A stretch of DNA of 36,503 bases from a virus. Lineage: Duplodnaviria > Heunggongvirae > Uroviricota > Caudoviricetes. Both the position numbers and the translations under genes were made by a program. Positions 10,437-19,897 of the stretch are shown one piece after another. Each line of letters opens with the position of its first letter. Position 1 is the first letter of the stretch. The stretch is from the IMG/VR virus record IMGVR_UViG_2713896908_000012, positions 1 to 36,503 of that record. One strand, 5' to 3'. The notes below the pieces were generated by a model. The model did not search any database. It was not told where the DNA came from and worked only from the letters and a program-made list of their open reading frames with translations.

Positions 10437-11552
10437 TTAAATCCCGGCTTTTCTGAATGCCTGAGCATCACGCTCACGGAGTTGTCCCAGCGTCAACCAT
10501 TCACCTTTATCGGTGTAAAATTCATCTGGTGACATACCTCCATCACGAATCAGTTTTGCCCGTGTTTCTCCCACTATTTGTTTTTGCCTGGCATAAGGCT
10601 GGCGCAAAAACCATTCCTTGTAAGTCGTATCTCCGGCTACAACCCCATCCATACTTGCCCTCTCGGCAGGAGAAACATCCCGAACATCAATCCCCAGTTC
10701 CTTCGCAGATTTCAGAATAAACGTTTCTGTTGAACGGCAGCAGAAATGAATTTTTCCCGGCCCCTGTAAATAAGGTACTTTGTGACCAATAGGTTTATTA
10801 TCCAGCGTATATTTGAGGCGATCCCTGATTCGACACTGTGGTGTAGTACGATTATCAAGTGTGGATAACCATTGTTTGCCCTTTATCAAATCATTGTTTG
10901 CCATGGCGAAACTCTCACGGGCAGTAGCGGCAAGATGCCCAACCGCTGTTTTTGCAATACTGGCCGCATTAACTCGACTCATCTGCAATGCACCATCCTG
11001 AAATCCCTTGCTGACATGCCCACGAATTTTTCTTGCGATCTGCTCATTGGTATCCCCCAGCAAAAAACCCTGACGTACCGTATTTGTAATACGCCTGAGC
11101 CGATCTGCTTCAAGGTCTGAGGCCCATTCGTTGAGTAGTCTTCCCTGAAATGGACGCGCCATTGCAGCGGCATAAAGGGTGTCAGGTGAGATACCAATCA
11201 GAGGATGAATATCCGCCACAAAATCAGGAAGCAAAGAGTCAAACAGACTTAACTGATAGCTAGCCTCATATATCGCCAGCTCGTTTAACTCTCCTGAGAG
11301 ACGAGCAAACATACTGTTAATAGCAGTGCGGTTAACTTCCCTCACACTCACCAGAAGTGATTCCAGACGCGTAACGGTGAAACTCCCCGGCCCAAGATTA
11401 TCCAGAGCCACCAGCAAACGAGCTGTAAGCTCTGCGTCGCTGTCGTTCAGCGTTTTCACCATTCTGGCCGCTACACCTGTGCTATAGCGAGATATCCAGA
11501 TAGCATGGGCAATCGATTCATCACGCAGCCGTTCATTCACTGTTTGCATCAT
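10437..11552 (-). CDS. Head morphogenesis protein (Mu F / SPP1 gp7-like minor capsid protein)
   Basis: 371-aa ORF immediately downstream of and overlapping the portal gene; family assigned from position and overall sequence character. Confidence 0.7.
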   Translation of the reverse strand: MMQTVNERLRDESIAHAIWISRYSTGVAARMVKTLNDSDAELTARLLVALDNLGPGSFTVTRLESLLVSVREVNRTAINSMFARLSGELNELAIYEASYQLSLFDSLLPDFVADIHPLIGISPDTLYAAAMARPFQGRLLNEWASDLEADRLRRITNTVRQGFLLGDTNEQIARKIRGHVSKGFQDGALQMSRVNAASIAKTAVGHLAATARESFAMANNDLIKGKQWLSTLDNRTTPQCRIRDRLKYTLDNKPIGHKVPYLQGPGKIHFCCRSTETFILKSAKELGIDVRDVSPAERASMDGVVAGDTTYKEWFLRQPYARQKQIVGETRAKLIRDGGMSPDEFYTDKGEWLTLGQLRERDAQAFRKAGI

Positions 11553-12939
11553 TGATTCCCATCAGCGTTACGCCCTGATTTTTTAATTCATCGATCACTT
11601 CCTCTGGGCGGGAGTCCTGATCGATAAATTTCAACGCCTGCAACACCCGAACCGCATCAATCTGACGTATATCACCGCCCTGACGCAATGACTGAACAGC
11701 CAGCGCGGAGGATGAGTCAAACACCTGGGCAGATACATCCAGTTGAGTGCGTACATCCACATTACCGCCACTGCTTTCACCTATCCATTCTGCCATTATC
11801 TGGAGGATATTATCGAGAGCATCTTCGAGAGCATTTGCCATCGTATAGAGTGGCGAGTTTTCCTGCATCCGTTCTTCATTGGTCTGATCCACAGATTTAG
11901 TGAATGTATTTTCAGCCCGAAGAAGTTTAGCGCCAGCATGACGCATCTGATTTTCCAGTTTCTCCAGAGATGTTTCGCCAGACTCTATCGCGGCACCGCT
12001 ATGCTCAACATATTCAAGGCCATTTTTTGCCCTGTCATCAAAAATCGTCGCGGTCGATGCTCCTACCGTCAGTTCTTCGTTCCTGTCCAGTCCGTAAGCC
12101 ACCAGCAATGGAACCCGAGCAACATGCAGAATATTGTCCTGCTCACTCTGGCTTTGCCAGTGCTTGATATTCAGCAAACCAAGATTAAGCAATGGCGGTG
12201 TACCACGCATAAACCCTGTTTTCTTCGTATACAGTGTTACCAGAGGAATATCATCACGACTGGTATTCCATGACTCGTGAAGCGTCCAGACAGATTCGCC
12301 ATTAGTACCTTCACTGCGCCGATAAATTTCAACGCGACGGGGCATAATATGGCGGATCTGCTCTACCTTCTTCTGCCCGAAATCATCACCATCAATAATG
12401 ATGACCTCTTTTATACGCAAATCAGTGAGAACAACTTTCCCTTTTTCAACTTTCGATTTCCATCCAATAACCTGGCGTGGATTCAGCATCGTAACGTACG
12501 GGCGACCACCGGCCGCGTTTTCATCGGCTTTTGTCCGAATCTCTTTCATATCCGTTCGTGGATAGTCTACCAGCGCATGCGCCACACCATACTGAAATGC
12601 GAGGCTGAAAAATTGCTGCGCCCACACATCCAGTCGGCTCCCCTCCATGTCGATATTTTCTGCATATTCCCTGATTTTTTCCGGCGTCTCTTCACTCAGC
12701 ACTGTCGGCTCTGCAAATATGCGCCCAATATTTTGCTTAATACTTTCTTCATACACAGGAAGTAGCGTAGCCACAGACAAGCGTTTTTTATATGTGTCTT
12801 CATCTTCATTAGGCCATTTAGGGAGATAATTTTCCCCCTGCCTGCGCATTTCAAGCGTGCCACCCATCAGTGCGTCGTTAATATCCCACGCCTCCAGCAT
12901 ATCGTTATAGTCGAGGTTGGGTGTTGATATATCAGCCAT
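11533..12939 (-). CDS. Portal protein
   Basis: 468-aa ORF immediately downstream of the terminase large subunit gene; acidic C-terminus; size typical of portals. Confidence 0.75.
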   Translation of the reverse strand: MADISTPNLDYNDMLEAWDINDALMGGTLEMRRQGENYLPKWPNEDEDTYKKRLSVATLLPVYEESIKQNIGRIFAEPTVLSEETPEKIREYAENIDMEGSRLDVWAQQFFSLAFQYGVAHALVDYPRTDMKEIRTKADENAAGGRPYVTMLNPRQVIGWKSKVEKGKVVLTDLRIKEVIIIDGDDFGQKKVEQIRHIMPRRVEIYRRSEGTNGESVWTLHESWNTSRDDIPLVTLYTKKTGFMRGTPPLLNLGLLNIKHWQSQSEQDNILHVARVPLLVAYGLDRNEELTVGASTATIFDDRAKNGLEYVEHSGAAIESGETSLEKLENQMRHAGAKLLRAENTFTKSVDQTNEERMQENSPLYTMANALEDALDNILQIMAEWIGESSGGNVDVRTQLDVSAQVFDSSSALAVQSLRQGGDIRQIDAVRVLQALKFIDQDSRPEEVIDELKNQGVTLMGINDANSE

Positions 12940-12941
12940 AA

Positions 12942-14249
12942 TTAAATCCGAAGTGATGTAACTCTTCCGGTCGGTTTGACAATAGGGAATTGCTTAACAA
13001 TAAAATAACCTCCGGCATCATTCGGGTGATCGTTGCCAGATTTTTTATCAGGCTCACCCTTGTCATCCCAGACCTGTTGCTCCAGAGATTCGGCATATAC
13101 CGGACAACGCTTCACATTAACTTTATAGCGACGCTCACCATTGGCATTGCAGAACATTGCATTCATTGAGTTAACGCGATCTTTTACTGGCGGATTCGAA
13201 CTGTTTACAACAACGTTAAAACCAGCCTGTTTAAGTTGAGCAATATCCGTCGCACTTGCGTTATTTGATTTTCTGGAATCCCCGGATGCATCAGGATAAA
13301 TATAAATTTCCCTTACTTTCCGATAATCATTCCCGTCATATAACCAGAAGCGCTCTTTAATAATACGGATCATATCTGGTGTATCGTAAGCGTTAATGAT
13401 TTCAGTTACTGCACATGGAAGCCCAAAACGTAACACATGAACGACTCCAGCCATTTTTCCGACGTTAAAATCCATCCCGATATATATCGGCTCACCTGGC
13501 TGTTCCTCTTCTTCGCAATTATTCAGTTTTCGGTCAAACTGATGGTAAACAGTACCACTTGTCAGGTTAGTAAACTGTCCTCGAAGATAGGCTTTAATCA
13601 GCTCTGAAGGATATGACTCAAGGAGCGAAGGAATGTAATCTGCTGGCAGATTCTTTTCATTATCGAAAGTAGATGCCTGCACCAGACCATACAGTGAGGC
13701 CAGCTCTGTTTTTTCACGTACGGCTTTAACAAACTGCTCATAGACAAATTTGAATCCTTCCGGCGTGGTTGTAACGTCAATACCGTTGCGAAGTCCATCA
13801 ACCTTATAACGCATACGCGCAATTATCTTGCGCCACGCTGTTCTGGCTTTTTCCTTCGGCAAAATGTCCAGTTCATCCACCAGCGCATTACCAATTTTGA
13901 AACCGACGATCGTTTGCGGCTTCTCCATCGATCTGCAGATAGTGGTTCCACGATACTGACGTCCGTAATAAAAATGAACTTCTTTATTTCCCTCGTTAAT
14001 TTTTACATTTAGCCCCCAGTCGGCAGCAACTTCTTCAACTGTAGGATAAAAAATATCGCGAATTTGTGGATATGTAGGCGCAAAATATCCCTGATTTATA
14101 CCCGGATGCTCCCAAATCCCCTTACATATGCCACCACATCCAACCCATGTTTTACCAGACCCAAAACCAGCAACATAGGCTTTAAATTTATGATGCATAG
14201 AAAGAAATCGCGCCTGAGGCACATTAAGCGTCGGAGAGATCATCTTCAT
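12942..14249 (-). CDS. Terminase large subunit
   Basis: Walker A motif AGFGSGKT near the N-terminus, acidic nuclease-type C-terminal half. Probable start MKMISPT... at ATG 14249 or 14243, overlapping the small-subunit stop; the track ORF extends to 14681 from an upstream TTG, which I regard as an artefact. Confidence 0.85.
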   Translation of the reverse strand: MKMISPTLNVPQARFLSMHHKFKAYVAGFGSGKTWVGCGGICKGIWEHPGINQGYFAPTYPQIRDIFYPTVEEVAADWGLNVKINEGNKEVHFYYGRQYRGTTICRSMEKPQTIVGFKIGNALVDELDILPKEKARTAWRKIIARMRYKVDGLRNGIDVTTTPEGFKFVYEQFVKAVREKTELASLYGLVQASTFDNEKNLPADYIPSLLESYPSELIKAYLRGQFTNLTSGTVYHQFDRKLNNCEEEEQPGEPIYIGMDFNVGKMAGVVHVLRFGLPCAVTEIINAYDTPDMIRIIKERFWLYDGNDYRKVREIYIYPDASGDSRKSNNASATDIAQLKQAGFNVVVNSSNPPVKDRVNSMNAMFCNANGERRYKVNVKRCPVYAESLEQQVWDDKGEPDKKSGNDHPNDAGGYFIVKQFPIVKPTGRVTSLRI

Positions 14250-15306
14250 CACACCTAACTCTGGCATCAACCACATTAATATTGATCGCCACAGGCTGGG
14301 GATGTTCATTACCCTCCACCGTTTCGATCTCTTTGCGCAGTTTCTGGTTTTCCATTCTGCGCCGTTCAATTTCCAGTTCCTGTAGTCGCTTATCTGCACA
14401 TAATGCCCCGCCAGCGGAAAGCAAACGCAATAATTCACGCCGGGCGGCAGCTTTATTCTCCAGCAGGATCTCAACGCCGAATTTTCCGAGCTTTGCTCCT
14501 GCATACAATTGCCGCGCATTTCCATCAAGCAAAGTGGTATCAGCCATATAAAGCTGACCTGTACCTTCTCCACCGCATTTCGGACAGTCTGGATTTGGTA
14601 TGGCGCTATCAACGAAACCGAGGCCACCATATTCAGGTTCTGGTTTACCATCTTTGGATGCCTGCGCGGCAGCCCTGTCAAATTCTGCTATATCGCGCCA
14701 CTGATAGAGGTGATTCTCCCCCCAGCAATAGCGACAGTTAACACGGCGAAATTGCGCAAGCTGATTGGGATCAGCCTGCACGATGGCCATCAACTGACTC
14801 ACCAGTAAATCCAGGTCTGCGGTATAGCGTTTCTGGTAATGATTGCGAAAGTAGCTGATGGCACGAAAAACCCTGGCATTTCTAAGCATACGACTGGCAT
14901 TACTGTTTGCTGTCGCACCTTGCCCCTCGTAACCAGCCAGGCGGTATGCCTCTGTCGGCTTTTTCCCCTGAGCAACCAACATGGCGAATTTTGCCTGCTG
15001 GTCAGAAATACCGAATTCATCGGGGCAGAACGAAATTTCTTCCGTGTCCCCCTCAATCAGGAGTGCATCGGATACAGCCTTTTTTTTCTGAGATTTTCCG
15101 TTTTGCTTTTGCGCAGTCTGCGCAGTTTTTTTTCGCGCAGTTTTGCGCACTTCTGTCTGCGCATTTTTCGGAGGTTTCTTGATGTAACGACGGGCTGTTG
15201 CGTAATTCAGTCCCTTTGCTTCACACCACGCCACCGGAGATACACCGGAGCGGGTGTATTCAGCAATATATTCCTGCTGCAACGCCCCCCAGTCCGGTCT
15301 GCTCAT
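14224..15306 (-). CDS. Terminase small subunit (HTH-containing)
   Basis: 360-aa ORF directly upstream of the large subunit; N-terminal HTH-like segment (...GVSPVAWCEAKGLNYATARRYIKK...), basic linker, CPKCGGEG zinc-ribbon-like motif. Confidence 0.65.
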   Translation of the reverse strand: MSRPDWGALQQEYIAEYTRSGVSPVAWCEAKGLNYATARRYIKKPPKNAQTEVRKTARKKTAQTAQKQNGKSQKKKAVSDALLIEGDTEEISFCPDEFGISDQQAKFAMLVAQGKKPTEAYRLAGYEGQGATANSNASRMLRNARVFRAISYFRNHYQKRYTADLDLLVSQLMAIVQADPNQLAQFRRVNCRYCWGENHLYQWRDIAEFDRAAAQASKDGKPEPEYGGLGFVDSAIPNPDCPKCGGEGTGQLYMADTTLLDGNARQLYAGAKLGKFGVEILLENKAAARRELLRLLSAGGALCADKRLQELEIERRRMENQKLRKEIETVEGNEHPQPVAININVVDARVRCDEDDLSDA

Positions 15307-15309
15307 CAG

Positions 15310-15561
15310 TTAGTCCTGATTTTTATCCACCCTGAGTAATGCACGCAGAGCAAAGGCATCCCCTTTTCTGGCAAGCTTAAACAATGCCGCCCGTAGCTCG
15401 GCTTCACCTTTCGCTCTGCCCTTACGGATGGACGCATAAAAATTTGTCATTGTTTCCCGATTTTCTTTCAGTCTGTTCAGATCAACATCCAGAACGTCAG
15501 CGATTTGTTGTGCAGTCATCCGGCATGCTGCCAGAGACTCGACTTTCGAATACGGAATCAT
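15310..15561 (-). CDS. Small HTH-like DNA-binding protein (hypothetical)
   Basis: 83-aa ORF; likely real start at M15 (15519). Positioned directly upstream of the terminase small subunit. Confidence 0.35.
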   Translation of the reverse strand: MIPYSKVESLAACRMTAQQIADVLDVDLNRLKENRETMTNFYASIRKGRAKGEAELRAALFKLARKGDAFALRALLRVDKNQD

Positions 15562-16447
15562 TTATCACCCCCATTGATATGCAGGGTGTCTTCTTCCTGT
15601 ATTTTTCGTGAAGGATTTTTACTGCAGCGTTGTTCCAGGTGACCTGATGGTGAATGCGTTTATGGCTGGCGCCCATCAGTGAGATTTTTACGCACGACGG
15701 CGCATACATGACGGAGTAAAAACTTTTAACGTAGGTACCGGAATCCAGATACAGTTCGGTCATTCCGCCGCTGTTTTTCTGCGTTTGCTTCTGCCCTAAC
15801 TGGACAGCGCCAATCGTCAAAAACAATTCACCACGACGACCGAGATTCGTGTATGTATTCACATCCTCGTTAATACGCCCCATAAATGAGAATGGTCGGT
15901 CAACAGAACAAATAAAGCTGTTCATTGCTTTGCGTTTCACCCATGCAGCATGACCACCATTATCACCAAGAAAGTCTCCCCCCTGCGCCATAGCGATGGA
16001 AAGCGCAGGAATTGATTCGTAATACGCCAGCATTTCAGAAAGGATCGCGTCCAGTTTCCTTATCGGAAAATAAGCCTGGTCATAGTTGCGATCTACCCGA
16101 AACTGAAACTCGTGATAGTCGTCATCAAGCTGGATGTAGTATTTACACCCAACCTTTTTTGCCAGGCCCAAACAGGCATTCCTGGCATAAAAGATTGAAC
16201 GTCGATCGCCAAAGTTGTCGGCTTCGTCAAAACGACTGGCGATATCGGCTTTGGAAAACACCAGCACCTGCTCACCAAATTCTGCTACGTACTGATGCTG
16301 GGTTTTATCTTCATCATCAACAACGATAAAAATTTTCCCGGTATAGCCAGCACGACGCAACGTCCGGTAAGTCAGAACTTTGTCCGGTCGCCCGTGAGTC
16401 AGAATAAAGGCGCAAAAATCATCACGCATATTACTCCTCCTCGCCAT
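15497..16447 (-). CDS. Hypothetical protein with GT-A-like motifs (IVVDDED, QLDDDYHEF); function unknown
   Basis: 316-aa ORF overlapping the upstream ParB-like gene; no methyltransferase or PAPS-reductase motifs (no FxGxG, NPPY/DPPY, SGGKDS). Acidic Asp-rich motifs resemble the GT2 nucleotide-sugar binding and DxD signatures. Confidence 0.4.
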   Translation of the reverse strand: MARRSNMRDDFCAFILTHGRPDKVLTYRTLRRAGYTGKIFIVVDDEDKTQHQYVAEFGEQVLVFSKADIASRFDEADNFGDRRSIFYARNACLGLAKKVGCKYYIQLDDDYHEFQFRVDRNYDQAYFPIRKLDAILSEMLAYYESIPALSIAMAQGGDFLGDNGGHAAWVKRKAMNSFICSVDRPFSFMGRINEDVNTYTNLGRRGELFLTIGAVQLGQKQTQKNSGGMTELYLDSGTYVKSFYSVMYAPSCVKISLMGASHKRIHHQVTWNNAAVKILHEKYRKKTPCISMGVINDSVFESRVSGSMPDDCTTNR

Positions 16448-17210
16448 GCATGATCTCCACCATGCGCTGCGTCATCCTGACAAACCCATTTTCAATTGCC
16501 TGCTGATAATCAATGATCACCAGAGCCGATTCCTCAAAAAGGCTCTGAATTTCAGCGGGGGCGTGAGCGTAATAGTCCGCGATTCTGCTGAAATTAAACA
16601 CCGTGTGACGTTCTGCCGCGCACAGAAGGAATTTCTCAATATCAGGATCAAGGGACACCGAACGTATCCGGCTGATCAGCTCCTGAGTTTTCGTATCGTC
16701 GTACAGTTCACAGATATCCGGTTTATCGCCTGACGGCTCATAAACAGGCGTATCAATTTTCGTCGTATACGGCTCCTCCTCATTTCCTGTACCAGGCAAA
16801 ATATCCGTCAACAGTTCATCAATTTCTGTCGGGCTGAAGCCTGTCAGGGAGACATCAAAATCAGCATTAATTAGGTCCGACAGCTCCATCCGTAACAGAT
16901 CTTCATCCCAGCCAGCATTCATCGGCAGGCGATTATCTGCCAGACGGTACGCCTTTTTCTGATCATCCGTCAGACCAGACAGAACGATGACCGGAACGAA
17001 ATCCATTTTGAGCACTTCAGCCGCCATAACGCGACCGTGACCCGCAATAACTTCGCCTTTTTCATCAATCAGCACCGGATTAGTCCAGCCAAATTGCTTA
17101 ATGCTTTCTACCAGTTGCGTCACCTGCTCAGGGCTGTGTGTCCTGGCATTGTGTGCATACAGAGACAGTTCTTGTAACGGGCGATAGACGATCTTCAATT
17201 TCTCGCTCAT
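16431..17210 (-). CDS. ParB N-terminal (ParB/sulfiredoxin-fold) domain protein
   Basis: 259-aa ORF with the ParB-box-like motif ...VLIDEKGEVIAGHGRVMAA... near the N-terminus; acidic C-terminal half. Confidence 0.7.
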   Translation of the reverse strand: MSEKLKIVYRPLQELSLYAHNARTHSPEQVTQLVESIKQFGWTNPVLIDEKGEVIAGHGRVMAAEVLKMDFVPVIVLSGLTDDQKKAYRLADNRLPMNAGWDEDLLRMELSDLINADFDVSLTGFSPTEIDELLTDILPGTGNEEEPYTTKIDTPVYEPSGDKPDICELYDDTKTQELISRIRSVSLDPDIEKFLLCAAERHTVFNFSRIADYYAHAPAEIQSLFEESALVIIDYQQAIENGFVRMTQRMVEIMHGEEE

Positions 17211-17229
17211 ACAGCCTCGCTTTATTAAT

Positions 17230-17273
17230 AAAAAAGCCCGCTATCGGCCAGTGCGCTGGGTGCGCGGCGGGTG
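17230..17273 (-). terminator. GC-rich structured hairpin followed by U-run (terminator-like), downstream of the lysis genes
   Basis: GCCCGC...GCGGGU stem enclosing a CCAG-UGCG-CUGG sub-hairpin; U-run on the minus strand (complement of 17230-17235). Lies ~20 nt upstream of the ParB-like gene ribosome-binding site. Confidence 0.35.
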
Positions 17274-17495
17274 CAGATAACGAGCTTTGACATTATCGAA
17301 GCCCCTTATCAAAGGAGCTTCTGTAATGTCAGTCCAGAACGAACGCAACCTTTGTATTTGTCGCTCGCCGTACAAGACGCGCTGCTTCGCGTTGCATTTC
17401 ATCGATAACTTTTGGCGTCATCGGCTGATGCGCATATTTACATTCAATCACTGCAAAAAATCCCGTTCATCGTTTCGCTGTCTGGTGGGATAACT

Positions 17496-17774
17496 TCAAC
17501 GTTTAATCGTGCCATTGGTTTGTGCTGCCCTGTTTTTCTCAAAAGTCCTGATATCAGCCTTATCCCTGTTGCACTGTGCTAACGCTGACAACAATGCAAC
17601 ATTCAGGTTAAGGCTTGCCCCCCACGTAAACGGGTCGGGTAAATCTGGCTGGGGTGTTTCAGCCGTCAGACTGGCTGGTAACGGAACCACCGGCACCGAC
17701 ACGTATACCGTTCGCGTATTCGTGCAACCGCTTAACTGCGCCAGAAGGAACGATACGAACAGCGCAATCATCAT
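17496..17774 (-). CDS. Outer-membrane spanin (Rz1-like lipoprotein), overlapping type
   Basis: Start at M23 gives the signal peptide MMIALFVSFLLAQLSGC with lipobox LSGC, followed by a Pro-rich segment. The reading frame starts inside the Rz-like gene in another frame and extends ~160 nt past its stop. Confidence 0.65.
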   Translation of the reverse strand: MMIALFVSFLLAQLSGCTNTRTVYVSVPVVPLPASLTAETPQPDLPDPFTWGASLNLNVALLSALAQCNRDKADIRTFEKNRAAQTNGTIKR

Positions 17775-18051
17775 CCGCAACAGCCACTTTGATATCTTTC
17801 TGGATTCTCTGTGACTCCAGTGCGATCTGCTGTTTTGCATGCTGGTTAGCCTCTATAACTGTGTTGATGATTTGCAGTGATTGCAGGACGTTACGGGTAA
17901 TGGCTGTTGCTGATTCAGCATTTCGTACAGCCTCATCAGCGCGCTCCTTTTCGTGTTGATATTTGCTGTAGTAATGCCCGGCATACCAGATAAAAGAACC
18001 GATGACGGTAACAAAGAAGGCAACAATAACCAGCTTATATCTCAGCTTCAT
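17659..18051 (-). CDS. Inner-membrane spanin (Rz-like)
   Basis: 130-aa ORF with an N-terminal transmembrane segment (LVIVAFFVTVIGSFIWYAG) and coiled-coil-rich periplasmic part; immediately follows the endolysin gene. Confidence 0.7.
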   Translation of the reverse strand: MKLRYKLVIVAFFVTVIGSFIWYAGHYYSKYQHEKERADEAVRNAESATAITRNVLQSLQIINTVIEANQHAKQQIALESQRIQKDIKVAVADDDCAVRIVPSGAVKRLHEYANGIRVGAGGSVTSQSDG

Positions 18052-18511
18052 TTACCACCCCACCAGCTTCTTTAAATCGGGCAATCAGGTCACCGATTCT
18101 ATGTTCATACTGACCGTAACCAGCGCCCGGCAACGAAGCCCAGATATTGCTGCAACGGTCGATTGCCTGACGAATATCGCCGCGGTCAATCATCGGTAAA
18201 GCGCCACGCTCTTTAATCTGCTGCAGCGCTACAGCATCCTGACTTTCTGGAGAAAAATCTTTCAGGCCAAGTTGCTTGCGGTAGGCATCCCACCAGCGTG
18301 AAAGAAGCTGGTAACGTCCGGCGGCTGTTGATTTGAGTTTCGGATTTAGCGTGACAAGTTTGCGGGGGTGATCGGAGTAATCAGTGAACAGTTCGCCACC
18401 GACAATAACATCATAACCGTGATTTCTGGTTTTCTGCCGTCCGTTATCCGTTCCTTCTGACCATGCCACCATATCAAGGAAAGCTTTACGCTGGGAATTC
18501 AGTGTCTGCAT
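18035..18511 (-). CDS. R: Endolysin, lambda R-type lytic transglycosylase
   Basis: 158-aa ORF; sequence (NSQRKAFLDMVAWSEGTDNGRQKTRNHGYDVIVGGELFTDYSDHPRK...) matches lambda R over almost its entire length as I recall it. Confidence 0.95.
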   Translation of the reverse strand: MQTLNSQRKAFLDMVAWSEGTDNGRQKTRNHGYDVIVGGELFTDYSDHPRKLVTLNPKLKSTAAGRYQLLSRWWDAYRKQLGLKDFSPESQDAVALQQIKERGALPMIDRGDIRQAIDRCSNIWASLPGAGYGQYEHRIGDLIARFKEAGGVVNEAEI

Positions 18512-18514
18512 TAA

Positions 18515-18874
18515 TTACTCCTTATGGGCACCAAACTTGTTACCGATGACCCTCATTGCCGCACCACGAATAGCATCAACACCAATCAGCCCCACCCCAC
18601 CACCAATGGCAACAGAAAGTGATTTAGGCCATCCGACATACTCAAGCGCGGATGCAAAAGTCAACGTCAGAGCACCACAGAGCAAAATCTCAAGCGTTTT
18701 TCGTTTCCAGCCACCACCACCGCCAAAATAGGCGATGCGCAAACCAGCCATAACGATCGACATAATCACTGCGCCCAGCGGGGTGTCTCCACGCCACCAG
18801 CTCTGAAACAACTCCAGCCAGTCCGGCCAGGTATTTGGGTTATGAGGCATTTCATCATCTCTCACCTCGCACAT
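18515..18874 (-). CDS. Holin (putative), with possible dual start at M1 (18874) and M9 (18850)
   Basis: Hydrophobic segments (GAVIMSIVMAGLRIAYFGGGGGW; ILLCGALTLTFASALEYVGW; VAIGGGVGLIGV), charged C-terminus, immediately upstream of the endolysin gene. Not lambda S-like in sequence. Confidence 0.6.
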   Translation of the reverse strand: MCEVRDDEMPHNPNTWPDWLELFQSWWRGDTPLGAVIMSIVMAGLRIAYFGGGGGWKRKTLEILLCGALTLTFASALEYVGWPKSLSVAIGGGVGLIGVDAIRGAAMRVIGNKFGAHKE

Positions 18875-19092
18875 ATCGCGGGTGCAAATTGAGGGAATAA
18901 AAAATCCCCGAATATTCCGGGAGCGGAAACGGGGAAAGACGTTGCACTAAATGGACCTGTCAGCGGCCTTAAATAAAAAAACCGGTACATACCCGGGCCA
19001 GATGAAGTGCCAGATTAAGAATCTGGCGGTATAACCTCGCGCTTGATATCGTTACATCGCCAAAAGTAACCACATCAAATTAGGAGAGTTAA

Positions 19093-19632
19093 ATGGGCAT
19101 AGTGCTTTATTCTGCTGACAGAAGAGGCAGATACAATGCAAATACATTAATGAATTTTTCTTCTATAGTGCCGCCTGTAACTGATAGCTACATTGTTGAT
19201 GGTCCTGTTGGGGCGAAGTTTGATTTCAAAATCGCTGAGCATGGTTTGCGATACCTGTTTCCGAGAAGAGACCTAACCAGCACTGATCTCATGGAGCTTA
19301 TTGTTGAACTGGTTCGTCAGCTTCAGTTCCCAACAAAACCATCCAGATACCAGTCAATATTCGCCTGTGAAAAGATAGAGGATGCGAATTATTTTAGAGA
19401 AAATTATCGTGAACACGATGGGCCGCAACCTATTTATGAAATACTGGCAGGTGATAATACAAATATTCACCGTGGTGATATGAGACTTCTTGACATTGAT
19501 TCATTAACAGATAACGCAGCAATAATCTTCACAAAAGCAATCTGGTACTGGTCAGGCATCGCTTCTAACGAACCGTTCTGGGAGTATGTTGTCCCGCTTC
19601 CCGCACAGATCGGCAAGATGGTAATGGAATAA
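19093..19632 (+). CDS. Hypothetical protein (cargo gene on the strand opposite to late transcription)
   Basis: 179-aa ORF with AGGAG ribosome-binding site 6 nt upstream of the ATG; visibly AT-rich compared with flanking phage genes; no motif I recognise. Confidence 0.6.
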   Translation: MGIVLYSADRRGRYNANTLMNFSSIVPPVTDSYIVDGPVGAKFDFKIAEHGLRYLFPRRDLTSTDLMELIVELVRQLQFPTKPSRYQSIFACEKIEDANYFRENYREHDGPQPIYEILAGDNTNIHRGDMRLLDIDSLTDNAAIIFTKAIWYWSGIASNEPFWEYVVPLPAQIGKMVME

Positions 19633-19647
19633 TAAACAATTAACCTA

Positions 19648-19863
19648 TCAGGCGGGGGAGCAAGATATATTCACGCCTGATAGATAACTCTCAAGATGTA
19701 CATATGGATCAAGATGGACCTCGTCTTTACTAAGCTGATCGATGACGATTCTCATCTTTTCAATCACTTCTTCTTTAGTTTCTCCAGAAGTAGAAAATGT
19801 AAATCGAATTCTAGCGGGTAAGACACATTGATGTGCTGCAATTTTAATCTCTTTCATATACAT
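19648..19863 (-). CDS. Small hypothetical protein, first gene downstream of the late terminator
   Basis: 71-aa ORF (probable start at M3, 19857, with GAAGG ribosome-binding site); convergent with the 179-aa gene. Confidence 0.4.
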   Translation of the reverse strand: MYMKEIKIAAHQCVLPARIRFTFSTSGETKEEVIEKMRIVIDQLSKDEVHLDPYVHLESYLSGVNISCSPA

Positions 19864-19870
19864 CCTTCAG

Positions 19871-19897
19871 AAACGACAAAACCCGCTCGGTGGCGGG
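19871..19897 (-). terminator. Candidate tR'-like intrinsic terminator downstream of the late promoter
   Basis: Stem CCCGC/GCGGG with 6-nt loop (19882-19897), followed on the minus strand by UUUUGUCGUUU. Confidence 0.55.

Noticed and set aside
14250-14681. N-terminal 144 codons of the track ORF for the terminase large subunit
   Set aside because: Starts at a TTG and overlaps the C-terminal 150 codons of the small-subunit gene; the Walker A region begins just after the internal MKMISPT start, so the extension is most likely not translated.
17287-17493. 68-aa plus-strand ORF in the spanin/ParB gap
   Set aside because: No ribosome-binding site, Cys/Arg-rich composition, antisense to the late operon direction; not convincing as a gene.
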